From: a virus
DNA: 42,174 bases
IMG/VR virus record: IMGVR_UViG_3300032431_000019
Location: 1-42,174 of that record
Reading direction: 5' to 3' (one strand)
Position numbers and translations under genes: made by a program. The notes under the pieces are model-generated. The model was not told where the DNA came from and ran no database searches. It saw only the letters and a list, made by a program, of their open reading frames with translations. Positions within the stretch are counted from its first letter, which is position 1. Every line of letters begins with the position of its first letter. This document shows, one piece after another, positions 32,129-39,299 of this stretch.

Positions 32129-32611
32129 ATGACATTAACTACACCTCCAAACAGTAAAACTGTCTTTGGTTACTTATACCCCTCTTGGTATATAACACCG
32201 CTCGATATCGAAGACGCAGCGCAAAAAGGTGTTATGCACCTTCAGCGCATGAAAGGAATTAAACACGTCTACGTTGTAATTGACCGTGATGATAAGTCGC
32301 GCTACATTGCATCTGATGTGAATCTACTCACTCAACCATACTCGGCGCTAGTTGGTCAATACAAAAGTCAGCTAGACGCAAACGTAACTCTCATCATACA
32401 ACACAAAGAAAACTCTGTGACTGCCGAGGAGTTGTTCTCATACATTGAAGATGAGAATGACGACTATTGGGTGTTTAAAGAACAACTCCAAGGATTGGGG
32501 TATAGTCATCAAGTTTGCGTATGGAACAATACAAGCGGTTACTTCAAGCTTACCGCTATGGATGTAGAGACTAAATTAAAAGGTAAGCGCTATTTATCAG
32601 GTACAACATAA
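32129..32611 (+). CDS. Hypothetical virion-module protein (160 aa from ATG 32129; the track start at 32108 is a TTG)
   Basis: The ORF lies in the late operon and is TAATG-coupled to the next gene. No motif was recognised. Confidence 0.55.
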   Translation: MTLTTPPNSKTVFGYLYPSWYITPLDIEDAAQKGVMHLQRMKGIKHVYVVIDRDDKSRYIASDVNLLTQPYSALVGQYKSQLDANVTLIIQHKENSVTAEELFSYIEDENDDYWVFKEQLQGLGYSHQVCVWNNTSGYFKLTAMDVETKLKGKRYLSGTT

Positions 32612-33678
32612 TGGGTTTCATTGCTCCAATAATAGGTATTGTGTCCGCTGTTGGTGGTGCAATATCCGCTTCTAGTGCAGCGTCAGCGCAAAACGCAGCT
32701 AACGCAATGCAAATAGAAGCTAACAATCGTGAAGAGCAAATACGTTTGCTTGATGTAGAAGCACAGCGCCAGTCTAACCAGATTGACTTTGAACTTGGTT
32801 CTCAGCAACGTCTAACACAGTTAGCAGCTGCACTCTCTTCTTCGCAAATAGCGCGACTAGACGCTCAAACACAACGCACCCTCCAGAACACCCAAATAAG
32901 TGGAGCGCAATCTGCTATTGATGTAGGTTCAAAGAAGGGTGAAGTTGACAGAGCTAACACACTCCAGAATAGCCTGTCACAAGCAGCGCAAGCTAGAGGT
33001 ATAGATATCCAAGGAGTACCATTTGATAAACTTGCTGGCAATGTGGTGACACAACGCGCAGCTATCATGGCAGCACTAAACCCTATGATGGCAGATATGT
33101 ACCGTACTGGTGAAGAAGATAAAGTACTATCTCAGTTTGACCAGCTTAGAAGTGCAGATGGTGACCAGATGCAACAGTTGGATTACGCGCAACAATATGG
33201 TGATTTGCTACAAGGGTTTGGTGAACTTACCCAACAATCTGGCGACACTAACGCATCAATACAAACAGCAGCAGCGCAAAATGCCTTAAGTGCTTCTGAT
33301 GCAATGCAGCGTAATGCTTTTCAAGCTAACGACTCATTGTTTAACACCACTCAAGAGATGCAAGCTCTCAACAGTCAGATAGACCAACTCTCTGCTTTCC
33401 GTAAAGTTGTGGGTAATGAAAATCTTGCTGGCGCTCAAGAGTCTAACATTAGGAGTGCAACTAGCGCGAAGAATGTTGATGTGTCGCGAAATAATAGAAG
33501 CTTCTCTTTATTTGATTATGTTGCACCAATAGCAACTGCTGGTATATCACTGTTTAACAGTTTTGGTAGTCAACAGCAACAAGCACCTGCTTCACCATTC
33601 TCACAACCTACTGGTTTAAGAGTATCTGATTCGCGCTATGACCCTAACTACAATTTTAGAGGAGGTTTCTCTACATGA
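32611..33678 (+). CDS. Internal virion protein, Gln-rich coiled coil with an N-terminal hydrophobic segment (T7 gp13/14-like position)
   Basis: MGFIAPIIGIVSAVGGAISASSAASA is followed by long Q/A/N-rich helical sequence. Confidence 0.6.
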   Translation: MGFIAPIIGIVSAVGGAISASSAASAQNAANAMQIEANNREEQIRLLDVEAQRQSNQIDFELGSQQRLTQLAAALSSSQIARLDAQTQRTLQNTQISGAQSAIDVGSKKGEVDRANTLQNSLSQAAQARGIDIQGVPFDKLAGNVVTQRAAIMAALNPMMADMYRTGEEDKVLSQFDQLRSADGDQMQQLDYAQQYGDLLQGFGELTQQSGDTNASIQTAAAQNALSASDAMQRNAFQANDSLFNTTQEMQALNSQIDQLSAFRKVVGNENLAGAQESNIRSATSAKNVDVSRNNRSFSLFDYVAPIATAGISLFNSFGSQQQQAPASPFSQPTGLRVSDSRYDPNYNFRGGFST

Positions 33679-36518
33679 AATTTATTGGAAGTGATTTTAA
33701 AATTGAACCAGTCAACACGCAGATGCAAGACGGTAAAATGCTCGACGTGCCTGACATTGCTAGTGCGTCGTTTAACAGTATTCGCCAGTCTGTTGCGGAG
33801 GTGCAACGTATTAACAGTACTGCTTCTAATGCAGATGCGGAGGCAACTGGTCGTAAAGTTATAGCACAGCAACCTAACATCTTCGGAGGTATAGCTGAGA
33901 TTGCTAAAGTTGGTTTGGGTTACTTAGATGCACAGAAGAAAGCAGAAGCGGCGGCAGCTGAGAAAGAGTTTATTTTAGAAGCTAACAAGCTTGCCGCTAA
34001 TGCGCCTGATTTAATTAACAAAACTGACCAAGGAGGTATTGGTTACCAGAAACAAGTTGAAGCCCTAGCTGCTAGGTACACTGACAGTGTGGACGCTGGA
34101 CAACTACAGACACAACTTCTTCGACTGTACAATCCTGTTCAACAGAACCAAGAAGCAAGCGTTACTGCACTCCGAAAAGAGGGTGATAAAATTCGTGAGT
34201 CTTCTATAGAAGTTTTTGTAAAGACACAGACGTTAAATCTCGATACTCAACTTGCTGACCTCGAGCTTGTAACTGACCCACAAGAGAGACAGACAAAGAT
34301 TAATAACATTACTACAATCTTTACTAGTTCTTTAGTTAACTCCAAACTAAGGAAAGAAGAAGTGTTGTATGCTACCAACATGTTTCTTAATACACTTGGT
34401 AAGTCTTCCGCGAAGGGTAGTGAAGTTGGTGCAAAGCTTACCGAGACTCTTCGACAAGTTGTTATCACCAATCAAAGAATATCTGAGGCTAACGAACTAC
34501 CTCCAGAGCAGAGAGCTGTAATGCTTTCATCTATACAGGCTATTACACCTCCGAATATTGCTGATGCTTTTAAAAACTTTCTCAACCCTACATACGAAGA
34601 TGACCGCGCTTTTGATTTGCTAAAACGCTCTGATGAAATCTATGCAGCACAACGTCGTAATGAGATAACTTCTGACCAAGCTTTCACAATCACTGATGAT
34701 TTAGCTACTGCGCTAACTGCCTCGTATATTTCTGCGGATGGTACGCAAAGAGCAACAATAGAAGCGCGCGCTAAAGGTGTACCAGTACTAGAGAGTGCAG
34801 TACAAGCTGGTAAACAGTTTTTATCTGACGGAGAAAAGAAGACTGTACTTGTAGGGAAAATTAACGCTTATGCTGTTACAATTGCTAATCTTAACAAGGG
34901 TGATGCAAAAGACCGTTTGAGTAATGTTCGCAAAGCTTTTGAGCTTCCTAACATTTCTTTAAACACTAATATTGTAGCAGAGTTCTCACAGTTGGCTCAA
35001 CAGTTTGCAAAAGCTCAATCCCAAGGTACTCCATTGGAGGTGCAGAAAGCAATACAAGACGTTGAAGCTTTCAGTAAAGTTGTTTTAGATGCCTCTAATC
35101 TAGGTCTTAGATCTTTGCAGACTGAACTTGGTAATCTATCTTCTCCTTGGTTTAAAGTTGAGAAACTGGTGAACGACCCACAACAGCGGCAAAATATACA
35201 AAGAAGGGCTGACGAAGTTTACACTAATCTAGAAACTTCTCGTAAGTTTATGAGAAATTCGACTAACCAAGGAACTAACCCAAATTTTAATATGCCCCAA
35301 CTTGCCGAGCTACAGGTTGGGGATGTTAAATTACCACTACCATTTGCTGTGGGTACTCCAGTCACGTTTACATCAGACAGGTCACCCGACCGTAATGGTA
35401 GACCTCATTCAGGTATAGATATTGCAGTCGCGTCAAATACGCGCCTTATTGCACCTCTGGGCGGTACAGTCACTACAGCAAGATGGGATGATGGTTATGG
35501 GTATTTTATTGACTTGCGCACTCCTGACGGTAAGTATCTTCGTTTTGCTCATCTTAACAGTATGAGTGTGAAAGAAGGCCAAGAGGTAATGGCTGGAAGT
35601 CTTCTTGGGCTTACTGGCAATACTGGTGGTAGTACTGGACCGCACCTTCACTTTGAAGTTCGCAACGATATGCACGGTGGTTATGACCAAACAGAAGACC
35701 CTATTGCTTGGAGTGTAAAAAACTTATCTAATGCAACTCGCGGTCTTAACGCTAAGCGCGGCAATGGGGTGCCAAACAATATGCCGCCTAATGCTTACCC
35801 TCTTAACGGTGCGTACCTCTCTGATGGTAAGATAGTTCGCAATGATGGTACATCGAGTGCACCTAATTACTCTGCGCGTAATCCTATCACCAACCAGAGA
35901 CTGCCAGCAGATAAGAGTGCATATACCTCCAGTCCTGACAAGAACTACGGTTACGCAGTCTTGGCTAAAGATGCACCTTTCCGCAGAGAATTGCACAATA
36001 CAGCGAAACGTCTTGGAGTACCTACACAGTGGTTAGCAGACGCTATTGCGTTTGAGAGTGGTGGCACATTCTCATCTAGTATAACTAACCGTTTTGGCTA
36101 TACTGGTCTTATACAGTTTGGTGACGAAGCAGCAGTAGACGTTGGTACTACTAAAGCTGCGCTAGCTCGTATGAGTAATGTAGAGCAGCTAAAGTATGCA
36201 GAACGTTTTCTTAGACAGCGCAGTGAATCTAATGGTCTAAAGTTTAACAAACCTGAAGCAATAATTATGGCTATTTGGGGTAGAACTCAAGACATTAGAG
36301 ATTATGTGCGCGACCCTCAAAGTGTTGCAAACGTTACTGATGGTGATACCACGTTCTCTGCTTACGTCAACAGAGTGGGTGAACACGCTGGTCGTTCTTA
36401 CGAGACATCTTACACCCCGAAGGTTGCGCCAGTACACCAACGTTACCGTTCTTCTTGCACAGCCTGTCAAGGTCTTACTAGAGCAGGTATGGGATTTATA
36501 CCACATCAAGCACCGTAA
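33675..36518 (+). CDS. Internal virion protein with an M23 peptidase and an SLT-type lytic transglycosylase domain (947 aa)
   Basis: AGGAGG lies upstream. M23 motifs are HSGIDIA (about 35405) and GPHLHFEV (about 35640). SLT motifs are AFESGGTF (Glu codon at 36054-36056) and YTGLIQFG. Confidence 0.9.
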   Translation: MKFIGSDFKIEPVNTQMQDGKMLDVPDIASASFNSIRQSVAEVQRINSTASNADAEATGRKVIAQQPNIFGGIAEIAKVGLGYLDAQKKAEAAAAEKEFILEANKLAANAPDLINKTDQGGIGYQKQVEALAARYTDSVDAGQLQTQLLRLYNPVQQNQEASVTALRKEGDKIRESSIEVFVKTQTLNLDTQLADLELVTDPQERQTKINNITTIFTSSLVNSKLRKEEVLYATNMFLNTLGKSSAKGSEVGAKLTETLRQVVITNQRISEANELPPEQRAVMLSSIQAITPPNIADAFKNFLNPTYEDDRAFDLLKRSDEIYAAQRRNEITSDQAFTITDDLATALTASYISADGTQRATIEARAKGVPVLESAVQAGKQFLSDGEKKTVLVGKINAYAVTIANLNKGDAKDRLSNVRKAFELPNISLNTNIVAEFSQLAQQFAKAQSQGTPLEVQKAIQDVEAFSKVVLDASNLGLRSLQTELGNLSSPWFKVEKLVNDPQQRQNIQRRADEVYTNLETSRKFMRNSTNQGTNPNFNMPQLAELQVGDVKLPLPFAVGTPVTFTSDRSPDRNGRPHSGIDIAVASNTRLIAPLGGTVTTARWDDGYGYFIDLRTPDGKYLRFAHLNSMSVKEGQEVMAGSLLGLTGNTGGSTGPHLHFEVRNDMHGGYDQTEDPIAWSVKNLSNATRGLNAKRGNGVPNNMPPNAYPLNGAYLSDGKIVRNDGTSSAPNYSARNPITNQRLPADKSAYTSSPDKNYGYAVLAKDAPFRRELHNTAKRLGVPTQWLADAIAFESGGTFSSSITNRFGYTGLIQFGDEAAVDVGTTKAALARMSNVEQLKYAERFLRQRSESNGLKFNKPEAIIMAIWGRTQDIRDYVRDPQSVANVTDGDTTFSAYVNRVGEHAGRSYETSYTPKVAPVHQRYRSSCTACQGLTRAGMGFIPHQAP

Positions 36519-36524
36519 TAAACA

Positions 36525-39299
36525 ATGTCAAATATAATCACAGAAATTGAACAGTCTCTTAATGACGTTCCGCCTTTAAAGATTGATATTGCGCCAGTCA
36601 CCATTCCTTCTGCACCTCCAGTGGATTTGACGAAGATTGCGCCACCTATTACACCTCCTCAACTAACTCCTGTTCAACCATCGCAGCCACAATCTCCGCC
36701 TCTTGAAGCTGTACAGTCCTCAGGTTCACCACAGACACCATTACCTGTCATTGATGCGTTATCTTTTGGTGACACTATCTCAAATATGTCGGCTGATTCT
36801 GCTGCTGAAACTGCGAGGGTGCTGGCGGATACTACCCCAAAGTCTAACAGTGTCGCTGATGTGCTAAACCCAATGCAAGCGCCTGTTCAGATAAACCCTC
36901 AACTATCATCGCAAAACAATCCTTTTGCAGCAAGTAAGGCAAACTCACCACAAAATGCATCTGAACGTCTGGCGTTTGAACCACCAAGACTGGCTAACGG
37001 TATGGCAAATCCATTCTCTGACCCTAACGCTAGGGCGGCTGTGGCTGCTGGTATCTCTAAAGAGGAGTACCTTGCTTACATCCGCGATGCTGCGTCTAAA
37101 GGTGATGACTTAGGTTTTGGTACACCTGTGACAGGTAATAATACAGACGCTCAGTTGCAGCAAAAAGCTCGTCGAGATAATTGGGCAAACAAGAACGCAG
37201 ACCAGATTCGTGCTGAGATGGCTAAGAAGACTGGCTACCTCTCTGGACGGCGCAACTTCAATATGTCTTTTCTACCTCTCTCTGGTGGTGAGAATCGTAG
37301 TGAGTTAGAAACCTTGTTTTCTGCTCTTGCTTTACCTGCTAACTTATTTAAGGGTATTGGTTTAGACATTCTGCGATTACCAGCGTCTGTTATTTCTGGT
37401 GGTTTTAATGTAGAAGAAATAAAGAAAGCGTATGCAGCTACGCGACCTACAAGTGGTGGTACTTTTACAGGTGCTGCTATTCTTGGTACACAGTTTAGCT
37501 CTCTTGCACAAATAGACGAAAAGGGTGCACAGTTTAACCCTCTTGCTGCTGTTCGTGACGATAAGAACATATTTCAAGTTGGTCTTGGTTTTGGTTTAGA
37601 TATACTTGCTGACCCTCTCAACAGTGACATTCTTGTTGGTAGATTACTCCGACCATTTGGTAGAGCTAACAAAGTAGTAGACGTAATTGCTGAACTACCT
37701 AAAGTAGATGTACCAATAAGAACGCCAGACGTACCGCGCCTACCTGAACCAGAACGTTTTAGGGTGCAGCGCGAATTAGCTACAGCTATTCCAGAAAATA
37801 CTAAACCTCTTTCTTTAGACGTACCTAGACTAAACCCACCAGCTGAGGTAGTAGTCTCACGTGAGATTGCGCGCAATCAGGAGCTTGCTACTATAAAGCC
37901 AGTAGAGCGAGTGTTCATTGAACCAAGTCAACCTTTCACACCAATCCCTGATAGTCGAGCAATTGTACCAACCGTACCAGAGGTTAACCTATACAACAAT
38001 GTAACTTCTGCATTTAATGACTCACCATCTCTTCCAGAAGTACAACAGTTGATGCGCGAAGTTGTGGAGTATCGCGCCATACCTGATGAGCGCGCTCTTT
38101 CTGTGGTAGTGCGAGATAATCCAATAATACAAGATGTGCTAGAGTTTGCGCGTACTGGCGACATCACTCCAAACATTGCTGTACTCCAAGGCGCAACGAA
38201 GTCAGAGATTGCAGCTATTGTCGCTGACAGACTTGAACTCATAAAAGAGACTCCTTTCGTTGTACCTAAATTAGAGATAGAACTTCCAAGAGAGGTGCCA
38301 AGATTAGAGTATAATACTATTGAGCAGATGCCACGTCAACCTGCGCGTAATGCTAACAGTTTCATGCCTGAGCCTAAACCAACTGCTGTACCTGAAGCTA
38401 TACCTACACCAACGTCTAATCCTGTGGTGTTGGGTGAATCTTTAATTAACAATATTGCAGACTTAAAAGATGAGGTGCGCATCGACTCTCTCACTCTAAA
38501 CAAAGAGATGACCGCATGGATGCCAAAGAAAGACAATTTCACAGTCGAATTAAAAGACGTAATTAAATCTGTTGATGACTTGGGTATAGACGCTTTGAGT
38601 ACAACGACCGTAGATTTAGTTGTGACTGGACGACAAGGTAAAATGCTCAACAGCACTGTGGAAAGAACATCTAGAGCTTTAAACAGGTTGCCTTTAAATG
38701 ACATTAATATCGATGTCGCAAAGAGTCTTTTTGATGGACTGTGGCGCAAATCTAAAGACAGACAGCGTATAATAATCACCTCTAACATTGATGCTAAACG
38801 TCTTGATGAGTTAGGATTGGAGAAGGTGCAGACGAAACTACCACCACCTCCTGACTTACCCGCACTATCTTACGTTAAAGCTTCTACGGTTACTCCAGAG
38901 GTAGTAGACGCTTATAGAGTAGCGAACAACTCCGCACAGTCTATAGAGAACCTCCGCGTTGCTGTACTGCGCGAACAAGGTTTTACTGGTCGTGAAGCTT
39001 CTTCTATGAAGGTGCACCCTCTATCGGAAGAAATCGCTACCACTGGAAGAATTAGTGATACCTCTCTTGAACGTTTCTTGAAGGGTAGAGAGCTATCTGT
39101 ATCTACTCCAGCAGAGCGCAATTGGAGCAGTAAAATGTTGAAAGACATCTGGGAGGTAGCTACTCCAGCGCAGAAGGCTCTCATAGTTGACAGCATGAAA
39201 GCTAACGACTTGGAGTACCTTGGACTTGAACGTATTGCGCGTTCTAACGTTGTTGATGATTATTTACCTAAAGAAGGATTGTTTGACATACCATGCTAA
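36525..39299 (+). CDS. Internal virion protein (924 aa) with a Pro-rich N-terminus
   Basis: A long ORF between two other giant virion ORFs. The N-terminal 80 aa are rich in Pro, Gln and Ser (PPITPPQLTPVQPSQPQSPP). Confidence 0.7.
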   Translation: MSNIITEIEQSLNDVPPLKIDIAPVTIPSAPPVDLTKIAPPITPPQLTPVQPSQPQSPPLEAVQSSGSPQTPLPVIDALSFGDTISNMSADSAAETARVLADTTPKSNSVADVLNPMQAPVQINPQLSSQNNPFAASKANSPQNASERLAFEPPRLANGMANPFSDPNARAAVAAGISKEEYLAYIRDAASKGDDLGFGTPVTGNNTDAQLQQKARRDNWANKNADQIRAEMAKKTGYLSGRRNFNMSFLPLSGGENRSELETLFSALALPANLFKGIGLDILRLPASVISGGFNVEEIKKAYAATRPTSGGTFTGAAILGTQFSSLAQIDEKGAQFNPLAAVRDDKNIFQVGLGFGLDILADPLNSDILVGRLLRPFGRANKVVDVIAELPKVDVPIRTPDVPRLPEPERFRVQRELATAIPENTKPLSLDVPRLNPPAEVVVSREIARNQELATIKPVERVFIEPSQPFTPIPDSRAIVPTVPEVNLYNNVTSAFNDSPSLPEVQQLMREVVEYRAIPDERALSVVVRDNPIIQDVLEFARTGDITPNIAVLQGATKSEIAAIVADRLELIKETPFVVPKLEIELPREVPRLEYNTIEQMPRQPARNANSFMPEPKPTAVPEAIPTPTSNPVVLGESLINNIADLKDEVRIDSLTLNKEMTAWMPKKDNFTVELKDVIKSVDDLGIDALSTTTVDLVVTGRQGKMLNSTVERTSRALNRLPLNDINIDVAKSLFDGLWRKSKDRQRIIITSNIDAKRLDELGLEKVQTKLPPPPDLPALSYVKASTVTPEVVDAYRVANNSAQSIENLRVAVLREQGFTGREASSMKVHPLSEEIATTGRISDTSLERFLKGRELSVSTPAERNWSSKMLKDIWEVATPAQKALIVDSMKANDLEYLGLERIARSNVVDDYLPKEGLFDIPC